DNA from: Planctomycetota bacterium
GTDB lineage: Bacteria > Planctomycetota > Phycisphaerae > UBA1845
Reading direction: 5' to 3'
Length of the DNA stretch: 64,000 nt
Assembly: GCA_024276605.1 (NCBI GenBank)
Contig: JAJRWX010000033.1
Location: forward strand, 19,541 to 83,540
Of this stretch, positions 1 through 10,841 are shown in pieces; position 1 is the stretch's first letter, and each line of letters begins with the position of its first letter. The notes beneath the pieces were generated by a model. The model ran no database searches and had not been told where the DNA came from. It saw only the letters and a program-made list of their open reading frames with translations. The position numbers and the translations under genes were made by a program.

Positions 1-355
1 CGCCGCCGCCTTTTTGGTTGCGGTCGAGCATGATGTTTTGCGACTTGACGATTTCATCCATATGCCGCCGCATCATCACCACGCGATAAGCGTATTGGTC
101 GGGCAGATCCATCAGCAATAGATGTACCATTTTAACAACTTTTCCAGGTGCATCTGCTAACCAGGATGCGTCTTGCTTAGTTTTTTTGACAGGCTCAAAT
201 TCGTAATAGCCCTTCGGATTGTCCTCGTCGGCGACGCGTACGTGATCAATCAACGCTTCAATACCACCTTTGTCCAGCATTTGCATCATCATCGATGTGC
301 CGGACCGCGGCAGGCCTGAAACAATGGTTAGAAATTGGCTTCGATCAGTTGTCAT
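1..355 (-). CDS. Sulfotransferase-family protein (partial, runs off the window start)
   Basis: Manual translation from ATG at 355: [31 protein letters not shown]...[20 protein letters not shown] is the PAPS-binding loop. GGAG RBS upstream. Absent from the ORF track. Confidence 0.8.
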   Translation of the reverse strand, partial: MTTDRSQFLTIVSGLPRSGTSMMMQMLDKGGIEALIDHVRVADEDNPKGYYEFEPVKKTKQDASWLADAPGKVVKMVHLLLMDLPDQYAYRVVMMRRHMDEIVKSQNIMLDRNQKGGG

Positions 356-908
356 AGGATTTCATCAACTCCGTTAAGTATTCGACCATGGTGCCCGGAT
401 GAAACTACACCCTAACGCACGATTCTTCTTACTATGTTTGGACAATACACCACCCATCACCATCGTAGGATAGCATGGCAAATACACTAGCAAAACGAGA
501 AAAGTAAAGCAATTATTTTGTACGAGTTTGTCGTTACTATCCGGTTGCATATGGACGAAAAAACATACGAACCCCTCAGATACCGCTGTAATCCGTAATT
601 TTTCATCGTCTCTGATATCCCTGCTGATTGTCAACATTAAGCACAGCGCATTGACAGCGTCGTCGCACCAACGACAAAATGGCTACGGGCCTGATTGATA
701 GGCACTCAATAAACTTAGCGACTAAATGTAGCGAGCCGTATGTTTTTCTTTGCGCAGTGCCTCGAACTAATTGTACACCTTCAGTAATCGGCGACGCTGT
801 GCTTGAACGTTAGCCGCTCTAGCTAACAATACGGTCATTGAGTGACCTCGATAGCAGGTAGAAAATTATATGACAAGAGTAACAGATCAAAACCAGAGAG
901 GATGCCGC

Positions 909-2165
909 ATGAAACACCATATCACAAAACAATTGTCTGCAGGGATAGTCGCCTTGACTGCCTGCATCATGCTATCGGCGTGCGCCGCAAGCCGTACACC
1001 GGAGTGGGGGCAATGGGGTGGACCTAACCGAAATTTCATCGCCGACGGCACCGGCTTGTCCACTTCGTGGCCGGCTTCCGGCCCGAAAAAAATGTGGAGT
1101 CGAAAACTGGGCGACGGCTATGCCACTATCCTAGCCGATCGGGGACGATTGTACACCATGTATCGTGATAAAGAAAACGACGTCATTGTAGCACTCGATG
1201 CAAAGACCGGTAAGACCCTATGGGAAACGCCGGATCAAGCGCCGCCGGTCGAAGGTCAAAGCGTTGCTTTTGGTTCCTGCCCGCGTTCAACACCGCTTAT
1301 CGTCGGCCATCGGTTATTCACTATCGGCGCCTCAGCCAGACTCAACTGTCTGGATAAAAATAGCGGTAACGTTCTATGGACACACGATCTGGTCAAAGAC
1401 TATTCACTAAAAGTTCCGGGACACGGCTACGGCGCTAGCCCGATTGCCTACAAAAACCTCGTCATCCTACCTGTCGGCGGTGAAGGTCATGCCGTTGTCG
1501 CTTTTAACCAAAACGACGGTAGCGTGGCCTGGGAGAGTCAGGACTTTGACTCGGATTACCCCTCTCCCATTCTGATTGATCTTGAAGGTGAAACGCAGCT
1601 CATTATCGCTATGGGAAATAAACGATGTGGATTAAATCCACGTACAGGAGAACTGAAATGGCAAGTGGAATTACCTGAGTCCGCCGGCGCTATGATGAGC
1701 ACACCTGTATGGGGTGACGACGGCATCCTGTTTACCTCCGCCGAATACAGCGACGGTAGCCGAGCCTTTCAGATCACGAAAGAGGACGGTGAGTACAAGG
1801 CTGAGGAACTATGGTATACACGCAAAATGCGCGTGCAACATGGCAGTTATGTACGCGTCGGAGACTATGTGTACGGCTCCAGCGGCAGCTCGACGGCCCT
1901 GCTCACCGGCATCAACGTCAAAACGGGAAAAGTCGCTTGGCGTAAACGCGGTTTCAAGAAGGCAAACTGCCTCTACGCCGACGGTAAGCTCATCATATTA
2001 GACGAAGACGGTACGCTGGCCATCGCCACTGCCACCCCGGATAATCTCGAGATTCACTCGAAGGTAAAAGTGCTGAAAATGCGCGCATGGGCTGCACCCA
2101 CACTGGTCGGCACCAATCTATACATCCGAGACCAAGAAACCATCATGGCCTTGGACCTAAGCTAA
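909..2165 (+). CDS. PQQ-like beta-propeller repeat lipoprotein (BamB-like, planctomycete-expanded family)
   Basis: Lipobox-like LSAC, W..WGGPNRN motif and repeated ALDAKTGKxxW blades. Start chosen at MKHH (909); the ORF extends to 870. Confidence 0.85.
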   Translation: MKHHITKQLSAGIVALTACIMLSACAASRTPEWGQWGGPNRNFIADGTGLSTSWPASGPKKMWSRKLGDGYATILADRGRLYTMYRDKENDVIVALDAKTGKTLWETPDQAPPVEGQSVAFGSCPRSTPLIVGHRLFTIGASARLNCLDKNSGNVLWTHDLVKDYSLKVPGHGYGASPIAYKNLVILPVGGEGHAVVAFNQNDGSVAWESQDFDSDYPSPILIDLEGETQLIIAMGNKRCGLNPRTGELKWQVELPESAGAMMSTPVWGDDGILFTSAEYSDGSRAFQITKEDGEYKAEELWYTRKMRVQHGSYVRVGDYVYGSSGSSTALLTGINVKTGKVAWRKRGFKKANCLYADGKLIILDEDGTLAIATATPDNLEIHSKVKVLKMRAWAAPTLVGTNLYIRDQETIMALDLS

Positions 2166-2305
2166 TGCGCCGACACATGATCCAAACCAACGCTGTAACC
2201 TAATCCGAGCCGATAGCGCCAGCGCCCGGTGTCTTCGGCTGGTTACACACGACGTAAATGTTCTGCGCGATTGCGCTCCTGTAGTGCAGGTCGTTCTTTC
2301 GCAGT

Positions 2306-2439
2306 GGGTGCCCCATCCTTCGGGGTACTCCCCGAAGGGTGGGGGAGGGATCTTGTACCAAAAACTTCGCAAGTGTCACTATTATGGCACGTAACATCCT
2401 TCCCCCATCCTTTGCCAGTAGGCAAAGAATGGGGCACTC
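2306..2439. repeat. REPIN-like doublet: two inverted REP hairpins (GGGTGCCCCATCCTT...AAGGGTGGG family)
   Basis: 2306-2350 and 2396-2439 are inverted copies of the unit also seen at 18069, 27536, 27902 and 28157. Confidence 0.85.
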
Positions 2440-2457
2440 GCCGTAAGCACTATCTCA

Positions 2458-3051
2458 TTAGCGCGTCGATCGACCCCGCTTAATGTTACGTATTTTGGAG
2501 TCATCAACGACTTGGATAGTCACGCCATCGCCGACACCGTAGGTCATTTGCTCACCACTAGCGCGAAGTAACATCGTCTCTTGGCCGGTATCAACCGTGA
2601 CATGCAAACTACCCTGCGCATCTTTGGGCACCTTAAATGTAAACGTAGCCAAATATCGCTGCTCGTCGCCAGGCACACTGACACCCATACCGTAGGTAAT
2701 GACAGCTAATCGCTCACCCTTTTTGTCGATCGCTTCGATAACCTGTTCACTACCGAACAAGAAAGTCTTATGCGCCTTGTTGATCTTCATGGACGACAAG
2801 ACCAGACGTTTGTTGTCGGATGTCTGAGCATTAAGATACAACTGATACGAACCAATATCTTGGACATTCGTGATGAAGGCATCTATCTGCACCGTCGTAC
2901 CCGGCAGCACCTGCATCTGTTGAGATTTAAGTAAGACCGTCGGCAGCGTCTGCCCCGCACCCTTGTTAGCTAGACTACTACCTGCCATGACCAAGAAAGC
3001 GACCGTTGAAGCGGCTACCATATGGTGCGCTATACCTTTTGTTCTATTCAT
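2458..3051 (-). CDS. Secreted cohesin-like (Ig beta-sandwich) protein
   Basis: Signal peptide, then VLPGTTVQIDAFITNV..IGSYQL...YLATFTFKVPKDAQGSL, a pattern typical of cohesin-like domains. GGAG RBS before MNRTKG. Confidence 0.55.
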   Translation of the reverse strand: MNRTKGIAHHMVAASTVAFLVMAGSSLANKGAGQTLPTVLLKSQQMQVLPGTTVQIDAFITNVQDIGSYQLYLNAQTSDNKRLVLSSMKINKAHKTFLFGSEQVIEAIDKKGERLAVITYGMGVSVPGDEQRYLATFTFKVPKDAQGSLHVTVDTGQETMLLRASGEQMTYGVGDGVTIQVVDDSKIRNIKRGRSTR

Positions 3052-3377
3052 TTCTTTTCTCCAAATGCCAGGCCCGCGCCTGTAAACCTTGAATACACAA
3101 GACGTCCTCCAAACATGAATAGAACACATCCTCACAAATTTGACGCGGTAATTTGCATTCTCGATTTTTATGCGACGCCGTACAAACCAAGTAGGCCGCT
3201 AACTCAAATGGGTATCAGCCGCTTATGCACATTAAATGTGTCCTGATCGATTCGCCGATTGGGGATGTAAGTACGTGGGATCCAAGTCTAAAATATAGGA
3301 AAAACGGCAACACTATAAAGTACCAGTGAAATTTATCGCCGATTTTCTGAGACTTTTCCTTGTAATTTTAGCTCGCG

Positions 3378-3995
3378 TTGAGGACAATGGTCTACCTAAT
3401 GGGTACGGCTGAATCCACACACATCACATTGCTACTTCGTCTACGCGACCGCTCCGATTCGATGGGGTGGGCGGAATTCGATGAACGATACGGAGAACTG
3501 CTGTACCGCTATGCGCGTGGGCGAGGGGCCAAGCATGAAACGGCTGAGGATGTCGTTCAGGAAGTCACCATGTACCTCTTCAAGGCGATGGAGGGGTTCG
3601 AGTACGACGCGCGTAAGGGTCGATTCCGCAGTTATTTACGCTCCGCCGTCGTTCACGCATTAGGTCGACGAGCCGTCAAAGAGGCTAAACAGCCCGCCCC
3701 GTTAGATCCACATGCCTTCGACTTTATTCGGGCGGAAAAGGAGTCCAGCGCTGACGCAAAATGGGAACGTGAGTGGCAGATGCACCGACTTCGTTGGGCA
3801 CTAAAATCCGTCGCTGATGAATTTGAAGAAAAAACGCTGAAAGCTTTTGAGGTCCATGCCCTGGGTGGATTGTCCGTGGAAGACACGGCTAAACAGGTCG
3901 GAATCAGTACATCCAGCGTCTATCAAGCAAAGTCACGGGTTCTAAAACGTGTCAAAGCGAAGTTGGATTCGATAGATCCCGATGCAGATGTCTAG
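3378..3995 (+). CDS. ECF-type RNA polymerase sigma-70 factor (planctomycete kinase-associated type)
   Basis: STHITLLLRLRD..WAEF..RY, TAEDVVQE, KGRFRSYL and a region-4 HTH (SVEDTAKQVGISTSSVYQAKSRV). True start may be 3387 or 3399. Confidence 0.92.
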   Translation: MRTMVYLMGTAESTHITLLLRLRDRSDSMGWAEFDERYGELLYRYARGRGAKHETAEDVVQEVTMYLFKAMEGFEYDARKGRFRSYLRSAVVHALGRRAVKEAKQPAPLDPHAFDFIRAEKESSADAKWEREWQMHRLRWALKSVADEFEEKTLKAFEVHALGGLSVEDTAKQVGISTSSVYQAKSRVLKRVKAKLDSIDPDADV

Positions 3996-4132
3996 GAAGC
4001 CGTTTTTCACTATAGCAATCGCCGATAAAGCGTCCGAATACGAGCGCAACATGGCACTACAACAATCTCATATTTTGTGTCAAATATCCTCGACGGTCGT
4101 CTATGTGTTAATGGGTAACTGTCTCTTTCGAA

Positions 4133-6979
4133 TTGGATAAGACCGCCGTGGCTGAATTGTACTGCCCTTCGTGTGAGTCTCGTATCGATATAACCTCCCC
4201 ATCTGCACAAGTTCATTGCTATACGTGTGGCAGTTCGATGCTGCGCTCGGATTCCCAAGAGGCTACAACCGGGCATGTGGGAGATAATCGATTGCTGGAC
4301 GATCTCCGCGAGGCCTTCGGCTATGACGTAACTTTGCGTGATAAAACCCGGCGCGTATCCATAAGTGCTTCATCTGACGATCATGCTTGGACTTCCAGAC
4401 ACACGTTACACGCTCTGTCAGTGGGCAGTAAACTCGGCGATTTTGAAATCATCCGCGAAATCGGGCATGGCGGCATGGGCGTAGTGTATCGCGCCCGTCA
4501 ACTTACACTTAACCGAGAAGTAGCGCTCAAGGTATTGCCCGATTACGCGCGTCACGGACGACAAGCCGTCCGCCGTTTTCGCAATGAAGCACGGGCAGCT
4601 GCCCGACTCAATCATGCCAATGTTGTCCCCGTTTATGCTCAGGGAGATTTCGAAGGACATTATTTTTATGCGATGAAACTTGTTGAAGGCGCAAGCCTGG
4701 ACCAGATCATTAAGGCCCAACCGCAGCGGCTTAGTTCTACACATGCGGCGCAGCATAGCTCATCACTCAATATGTCCCCCTTCGCCATCCCACAACGCAC
4801 GATGAAAGAAGAATTACCCACGGCTGATGCAGCGCATCCGTCCGATGATGACATAAACCATGACGCAGAAATATCGCATCGCACGAAAGAAGATTATCGT
4901 TACATTGCTTCCCTGTTAGCCGGCGTAGCCGATGGGCTGGACCATGCCCATAAACACGGTGTGATACACCGCGACATCAAACCTCACAATATCATCCTTG
5001 GTGACGATCTTCAGATGTACATTACTGACTTCGGCCTGGCACACTTAACCAGTGAACCTCACATGACGCTGTCCGGCGAAATAATGGGGACACCGTCATA
5101 TCTTTCACCGGAGCAGGCCGGCGGATCGACGAGCGAAATTGATCACCGCACGGACATTTACTCACTAGGGGTCACCCTGTTTGAACTGGTCACAGGAGAG
5201 CGACCATTTATCGGAGAGACGCGCGATCAGATCATCCAAGCGGTTTGCCACCAAGAGGCTACCCCACTTCGGCGTAACATCCAAAGCATTCCGCGTGATC
5301 TGGAGACCATTTGCCTGCGCACTATGGAGAAAGATCCTCAACGGCGCTATCCGACCGCGTCGGCGCTGGCGGAAGATTTGCGACGATTCGCTGAAGGTCG
5401 CCCGATACTCAGTAGGCACGTGACCTTCGTCGAACGCGGGGCGAAGTGGATCCGACGACATAAAGCAGCTTCATTGGCTATGGCGGTCAGTGTCGCGCTT
5501 TTAGCTGTAAGCACGGGGTGGGTGGCGAGTTATTCCCTCTCCCAACAGCGCGAAGCTGATCTGATACTCGACGGGGCTTACGATTGGCTCGTCCATTCTA
5601 ATTATCGCAAGCCTGAAGTCGTCCTGGATGATATTCAACAAGCCCAGGACATGGGTGCCTCGATGGCGAAGTTACTATTCGTCCAATCACTGGTCGATGC
5701 AGGGCAAGGTCATCCTGATCGTACCATTGAGAAACTAAACACACTGCTGGATGCGAATCCGGAACATATCGAAGCGCTGTACATGAAGGCTTGGGCTTTG
5801 TGGCAGCAGCGCCAGTTTGATCAGTCCCGGAGCGTGGTTGCCTTCGCTGCCACGCTTGGCGGTCCCATCACACCTGAAGCGTGGTTTTTTCGGGCACTGG
5901 CTATCCACTACGATGATCCTGACAGCGCTGCGCATTCTTATCAGGTCGCGCGAAACATGGCTGGGGCAAACAACCAGTACTTCCCACAGGCCAGCCTTAA
6001 CGTGGCGCGGGCGTATAACCAGATTCTTTTCGCCCGTCGTTCTTTAGATGCCTTCCAGGAAGCAGAGCCCGTATTACTGCAACTGGTAAAGGATAGTTTT
6101 TATGCGGGCACGGCCCATTATCTACTTTCTATTACCTATCGATTAGCCGCGGAAATTTATCGCGACACAGGCAACGCCGATAAAGCGGATGAATACTTCC
6201 AGACTGCACTCTCATGGGCACAACAAGGTGAATTAGCTGCGCCACTGGACAACCGTCCGCCTACGGCGGTCGCTACGTGTTTGGAAAAACTCGGCAAACT
6301 CGAAGACGCTATCGCCGCCAGAGATCGTGCCGAATCTTTGGCCGTACACGACAGACAACGATGCGAGGGGTACTACTATCGCTGGCGCTTACATTATTGG
6401 CTTGGTCACTTGGATGAAGCACTAACAGATATTCAGCAACACGCTGCTTGCGACGCAGAAGATCCATTTTTCACCCATATTTATCCAGCCCTGATCGATG
6501 CCGAACGCGGGGATCTAACAGCCGCGCAAGCTCGCATAGAGGCCTTGGCGAATCGTCAGCCTTATACCGCTTCAGATTCTATCCTGGCAGCCGCGGGATA
6601 TCGGTTACTTGGCATGGAAGACGCGGCGACGACGCTTCTTATAAGCCATCAAAATCAAGTGAGCTTTTTATCAGACCCTTCCATACCAATTTACGACCAA
6701 TGGCAACGTAGTTTATATGACTATTGTGCGGGAACACAGCCATTTGAAGTGTTACTGACCCTGGCACAATCGTCGGAAACCCCCTGGAAGTTCCTTGGTG
6801 AAGCATATTATCACGCAGGATTGAAAGCATTAGCCTCGGGCGATCGAGTTGAGGCCATCAAAAAATTTGAACAAACTCGAAAATCTTTCGACGATACGGC
6901 AGATTTTCGTTATAATGGAGGTCTTGTGCTTCGCAGGCTAAAGGCCGATCCAACCTGGCCGGGATGGATCGCCCCTTAA
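4133..6979 (+). CDS. Hanks-type Ser/Thr protein kinase with N-terminal Zn ribbon, TM helix and TPR-like C-terminal region
   Basis: CPSC..CYTC, GHGGMGVVY, VALK, HRDIKPHN, DFG, GTPSYLSPE, a hydrophobic helix near aa 445-465 and helical repeats after it. Confidence 0.95.
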   Translation: MDKTAVAELYCPSCESRIDITSPSAQVHCYTCGSSMLRSDSQEATTGHVGDNRLLDDLREAFGYDVTLRDKTRRVSISASSDDHAWTSRHTLHALSVGSKLGDFEIIREIGHGGMGVVYRARQLTLNREVALKVLPDYARHGRQAVRRFRNEARAAARLNHANVVPVYAQGDFEGHYFYAMKLVEGASLDQIIKAQPQRLSSTHAAQHSSSLNMSPFAIPQRTMKEELPTADAAHPSDDDINHDAEISHRTKEDYRYIASLLAGVADGLDHAHKHGVIHRDIKPHNIILGDDLQMYITDFGLAHLTSEPHMTLSGEIMGTPSYLSPEQAGGSTSEIDHRTDIYSLGVTLFELVTGERPFIGETRDQIIQAVCHQEATPLRRNIQSIPRDLETICLRTMEKDPQRRYPTASALAEDLRRFAEGRPILSRHVTFVERGAKWIRRHKAASLAMAVSVALLAVSTGWVASYSLSQQREADLILDGAYDWLVHSNYRKPEVVLDDIQQAQDMGASMAKLLFVQSLVDAGQGHPDRTIEKLNTLLDANPEHIEALYMKAWALWQQRQFDQSRSVVAFAATLGGPITPEAWFFRALAIHYDDPDSAAHSYQVARNMAGANNQYFPQASLNVARAYNQILFARRSLDAFQEAEPVLLQLVKDSFYAGTAHYLLSITYRLAAEIYRDTGNADKADEYFQTALSWAQQGELAAPLDNRPPTAVATCLEKLGKLEDAIAARDRAESLAVHDRQRCEGYYYRWRLHYWLGHLDEALTDIQQHAACDAEDPFFTHIYPALIDAERGDLTAAQARIEALANRQPYTASDSILAAAGYRLLGMEDAATTLLISHQNQVSFLSDPSIPIYDQWQRSLYDYCAGTQPFEVLLTLAQSSETPWKFLGEAYYHAGLKALASGDRVEAIKKFEQTRKSFDDTADFRYNGGLVLRRLKADPTWPGWIAP

Positions 6980-7048
6980 GACGGAGTTGCAGCATTGCAC
7001 CAGGTCTAAGTTTGTTCGGCAATGCCATAAGACAGATGGAGGGAAACG

Positions 7049-8290
7049 ATGAACGCTACATATTCAACCATTAACAATCGGCATATCGGCGCGATGCTCT
7101 TACTGATCGTAGGCACTGGGTCCATGCTATTACCAACAGCAAAAGCTGGAGGCCCCGGTGCACCCATTACACCGTTGACCAACCCGTTTTATACCTTTGA
7201 TTTACAATCACCAAATGTCCAAAACGGTACCATAGCTGCTGACGCCATTCTATTTAAGGAGTTTCCCAATCCGGCACCTCCCAGCACGCTATTTCCAGGA
7301 GATCGATTGGGTCTAGGACAAGCAGGTGATGAAATTAATGGGCTATCCATGGCCAATGAAACAATCACCACGAACACACCGTTCATTCTGTTATTCTCCG
7401 TCGATCGTAACACAGTCGGCTCCACACCTCCTGATGCGGCACTAACCGCGTTGAGGGTTCCCTACAATGTGCAGGATCAAGCCTTAAAAGGTCAAGCTTC
7501 CGGTGATCAATTCATGTCGCTTCGTTTGTTTTCGCGCCAAGGGATCATGCCCTTAAATCGTGCAGGAAACAACAACACACAGACACGCAACAATTACAAC
7601 CAAGGTGGCACCGATTTCAACGCTGACCCTCCCGTCGGCTCCGGCTCACCCGCACGTCGCGCTGCCCAAGACAACGTCTCAGGCATGGTTCGCTCGTCCA
7701 TTGACCTAGCAACCGCACCCCTGACCAGCGTATATTTCTCACTAGCCGCTGGTTCGCCATCCCTACAGACGATTCCGGGAGCACCGCCTAGTGGGGCCAA
7801 CATTTATTTCCATCCGAATCCTGCTGACATAGCAGCAGCACCCCGACTTTTCGCCGCAGCTGATAACCTCGGCCTCGTCGCAGGCGATGACATCAACGGC
7901 ATGATTGTTTTTGACGAAAATTCAAACGGTATATTTGACGGTACGGATCAAGTGATCTTTTCCTTAACCGCAGGTTCACCATCGCTAACCACCATAGAAC
8001 CCGGTTTAGTTGGAGCCCCAGCGGATACGTATTCCGTGTTGTCCGCGCCAACGCCGATACTCTCCCTCTTCGCCCCGGCATCGGCTTTGGGCATTGAGGG
8101 CGCAACGGACAATATCGATGCGCTCGATTACTCACCATGTACAAATGTTGATTTTTGTGCAGAACAGCACGGCATTCGCAACGATATTGCTCCAGCCGTA
8201 TCGCAATGGGGCTTGATTGTCATTGCTCTGATGATCCTGTGCGCCGGAACCGTGCTGACCGCTCGAAGGAAGAGCCTGTCTACATCATAA
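7049..8290 (+). CDS. Secreted protein with IPTL-CTERM-like sorting signal
   Basis: Signal peptide, internal repeats (LGL..GDDING / FSLxAGSPSL) and C-terminal PAVSQWGLIVIALMILCAG..RRK. Confidence 0.75.
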   Translation: MNATYSTINNRHIGAMLLLIVGTGSMLLPTAKAGGPGAPITPLTNPFYTFDLQSPNVQNGTIAADAILFKEFPNPAPPSTLFPGDRLGLGQAGDEINGLSMANETITTNTPFILLFSVDRNTVGSTPPDAALTALRVPYNVQDQALKGQASGDQFMSLRLFSRQGIMPLNRAGNNNTQTRNNYNQGGTDFNADPPVGSGSPARRAAQDNVSGMVRSSIDLATAPLTSVYFSLAAGSPSLQTIPGAPPSGANIYFHPNPADIAAAPRLFAAADNLGLVAGDDINGMIVFDENSNGIFDGTDQVIFSLTAGSPSLTTIEPGLVGAPADTYSVLSAPTPILSLFAPASALGIEGATDNIDALDYSPCTNVDFCAEQHGIRNDIAPAVSQWGLIVIALMILCAGTVLTARRKSLSTS

Positions 8291-8371
8291 TACATCCAAT
8301 AGCATTTCCGGTAGAAGTTTCGCGAAGGTGTTTACGATCGGCACGACGCGACAATTAGATAAAGCGTACCG

Positions 8372-8995
8372 TTACTTTGGTTGCTCCGGCGCAAGTAGGA
8401 TAGCTGTGGCTTTGCGCAGGCATTGTTCGATGCGCCTCACTTGATCCACCGGCACGCGAAGGTAGAGTGACGGCTCCCCACCGTCGCGCCGCGTACGTGA
8501 TACAACCGCGCTGATCACCTCATGGTCACCGTCATGCAATGCCTGGAATACACAGGCTAGATCGACTCGGCCTTCCGGCAGTGCAACTTCAATTCGATGC
8601 CCCTTCTCTGTAAGTCCCAACACTTCATGGAACGCACGCAGTACATCATGCGTTGTAATGATTCCGGCCAACGCACCGGCACGCATCACGGGTAGCGATC
8701 CAAATTTTTTTGTAGATAAAACCTCCATCGCTTCTTCGATGGTGTCGTCGGCCTGTATAACAACCGGATCTGAGGTCATAATCTCAGATACGGTAAGTTT
8801 ATCTTCCAATGTACGGTCAAAACCCACAGCTGACCTGACGTCGCGATCGCTAATAATCCCGACTAATCGTCGCCCATTATCCACAACCGACAGGTGATGG
8901 ATATTGTGCTCGTGCATCAATTGGATGGCTACAACCAGCAGCGCATCCTCGCGCACGGTGTAGGCATCATGCTTCATATAATTCGCAACGAACAT
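8372..8995 (-). CDS. CBS-pair + ACT-like domain protein (AcuB-like)
   Basis: MFVANYM..., IHHLSVVD..LVGIISDRD, FGSLPV..GIITTHD, followed by an ACT-like tail. AAGGAG RBS. Confidence 0.85.
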   Translation of the reverse strand: MFVANYMKHDAYTVREDALLVVAIQLMHEHNIHHLSVVDNGRRLVGIISDRDVRSAVGFDRTLEDKLTVSEIMTSDPVVIQADDTIEEAMEVLSTKKFGSLPVMRAGALAGIITTHDVLRAFHEVLGLTEKGHRIEVALPEGRVDLACVFQALHDGDHEVISAVVSRTRRDGGEPSLYLRVPVDQVRRIEQCLRKATAILLAPEQPK

Positions 8996-9002
8996 CCGCC
9001 CC

Positions 9003-9413
9003 TTACTCCTTGCCGGATAACGGCACTTCTTGAAGAAGGAGCTTACGCATTTCGAATAGCTCAAACGGTTTCTCGATGTGTTGTACACAGCTATCCTGCA
9101 CGAGGTCCGATACCGGTTGAGTTACCATACGTACGATGCGACTGCATTTCTTCATTTGTCTAGCCTGCGTCTCCACACGTTGGGCACCATCTCCGGGAAG
9201 CGCGTCGGACAACACTACCGCATCAACATCCCCGTTGGCAAAAACCTGTTCAGCATCTTGAACCGTGGCTACGGCTTTGACATCAAACCACTGACTCAAA
9301 TATCGCGATAACGACCAACGAAGCAACCTGACCGGTTCAACGATCAATAAAATGCCATGCTCGGACGTCAATCGGCCCGATCTCCGGCCATTTGTTGCGT
9401 CCGAATAGCTCAC
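9003..9413 (-). CDS. Stand-alone atypical response regulator receiver protein
   Basis: ILLIVEP..LLRWSL, VVLSDALP, IEKPF. Start set at GTG 9413 (GGAG RBS), downstream of the sigma-54 promoter. Confidence 0.7.
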   Translation of the reverse strand: MSYSDATNGRRSGRLTSEHGILLIVEPVRLLRWSLSRYLSQWFDVKAVATVQDAEQVFANGDVDAVVLSDALPGDGAQRVETQARQMKKCSRIVRMVTQPVSDLVQDSCVQHIEKPFELFEMRKLLLQEVPLSGKE

Positions 9414-9453
9414 AATCTCATCTCCGACTGGCCCATATGCGCGAAAGACCCGT

Positions 9454-9469
9454 TGCAAAATCCATGCCA
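9454..9469 (-). promoter_or_regulatory. Sigma-54 (-24/-12) promoter
   Basis: Minus strand reads TGGCATG-GATT-TTGCA (GG-N10-GC), one mismatch to TGGCACG-N4-TTGCW. Divergent from an NtrC-family activator. Confidence 0.75.
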
Positions 9470-9634
9470 GCCCCATCTTGCCCGCATATCAACAATGTCC
9501 ATTAAGCCTATTATTTCGTCTGTTACGGTGATTTTATAGGCAAATTAAAAGGTTAGAGACACCAACAAAATATCTTCAGGAAACTCATTTGATCTGCAAC
9601 AGTGAAAAATCTCACGAATGGGTATAATAACGGC

Positions 9635-10831
9635 ATGTCAACAGAATTTGAAAACATGAAGGCGTATATTGCGTTTGGCGAAACTGATGTGACGCATATC
9701 CGAGCACTGGCTGAGGAACTAAGTTCCGCCGTACCGGATATTGTGGCACGCTTCTACGAAGCGATCACGCAGCACGATGAACTGAACGCCTTTTTCTCCG
9801 GTGGAGCAACGCAACTGGCACACCAACGAACTTTACTCACCAGTTGGCTTTCAGAACTGTTCAGTGGTCCGTATGACGATTCCTATTACCAAAAAAGACG
9901 TCGAATAGGCGAAGCTCATGTTCGTGTAGGCCTTGAACAACGACACATGTTTCTGGGCATCGAACTCATCTGGCAAGGTATTATTCGCAATCTGATCAGC
10001 CCGGCTTCAACTACCACACGAACTCAACTCACCTCGCTGCACAAACTATTGATGCTTGATCTTTCCGTGATCCTGGAAAGTTACAAGGAGCATTACACCG
10101 CGCGCGTCCAAGAAGATGCACGGGCCACCATAGAAGAAAAACTCACACGGGCTGAGCACTTGGCGGAAATAGGTCAACTGGCAGCCGCCCTGGCCCATGA
10201 AATCAAAAATCCTCTGGCCGGTATTAGTGGTGCCATTCAAATCATTCGAGAGGGCATGGCTGAAAACGACGAACATCGGCCCATTATCACGGAGATCCTC
10301 GGTCAGATTCATCGACTCGACGCCACAGTGAAAGATTTGCTTCAATACGCGCGTCCCGTACCACCCCGATTACATTCCATTCGCTTACACGAAGTTGTCG
10401 ACCGTGTGCTTTCGATCTTGCGGGCCGAGCCTGCGGTTAAACGTGTGCGCATCCGGTATAATCCTCCATCCCAGGGTGTTGTACTACAGGCCGACGAAGC
10501 AAAGATCGAACAATTGTTGATTAACCTTATCTTAAACGCCGCCCACGCCTCCGAAGAGAGTGGTATTGTTGATGTGGAAACCTCCTCGAACAATGGTGAC
10601 GTTTTACTTTGCATTCACGATGTTGGTGAAGGCATGACGGAAGAAGTTCGAAACCGAGCGCTCGAAGCGTTCTATACGACGAAAGCGCGCGGTACGGGAC
10701 TTGGTTTACCGATTTGTCGACGTATCGTTGAACAACACGGCGGCACAATCAGCCTGGATAGTCAAGTAGGTCAAGGCACAACCGTGACAGTCACCCTACC
10801 GGTGACCGCCGGTGACCAAACAAGTACATAA
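9635..10831 (+). CDS. Protoglobin-domain (globin-coupled) sensor histidine kinase
   Basis: N-terminal globin sensor (IVARFY...RRRIGEAHVRVGL), H-box AHEIKNPL, and N, G1 (DVGEG) and G2 (GTGLGL) boxes. No TM segment. Confidence 0.9.
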   Translation: MSTEFENMKAYIAFGETDVTHIRALAEELSSAVPDIVARFYEAITQHDELNAFFSGGATQLAHQRTLLTSWLSELFSGPYDDSYYQKRRRIGEAHVRVGLEQRHMFLGIELIWQGIIRNLISPASTTTRTQLTSLHKLLMLDLSVILESYKEHYTARVQEDARATIEEKLTRAEHLAEIGQLAAALAHEIKNPLAGISGAIQIIREGMAENDEHRPIITEILGQIHRLDATVKDLLQYARPVPPRLHSIRLHEVVDRVLSILRAEPAVKRVRIRYNPPSQGVVLQADEAKIEQLLINLILNAAHASEESGIVDVETSSNNGDVLLCIHDVGEGMTEEVRNRALEAFYTTKARGTGLGLPICRRIVEQHGGTISLDSQVGQGTTVTVTLPVTAGDQTST

Positions 10832-10841
10832 AGGATGATGC

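Noticed and set aside
2157-2483. Short ORFs resembling those at 17769-18110 and 28005-28274 (PHPLPVGKGWGT)
   Set aside because: The similarity comes from translation of the REP repeat, not from a protein family.
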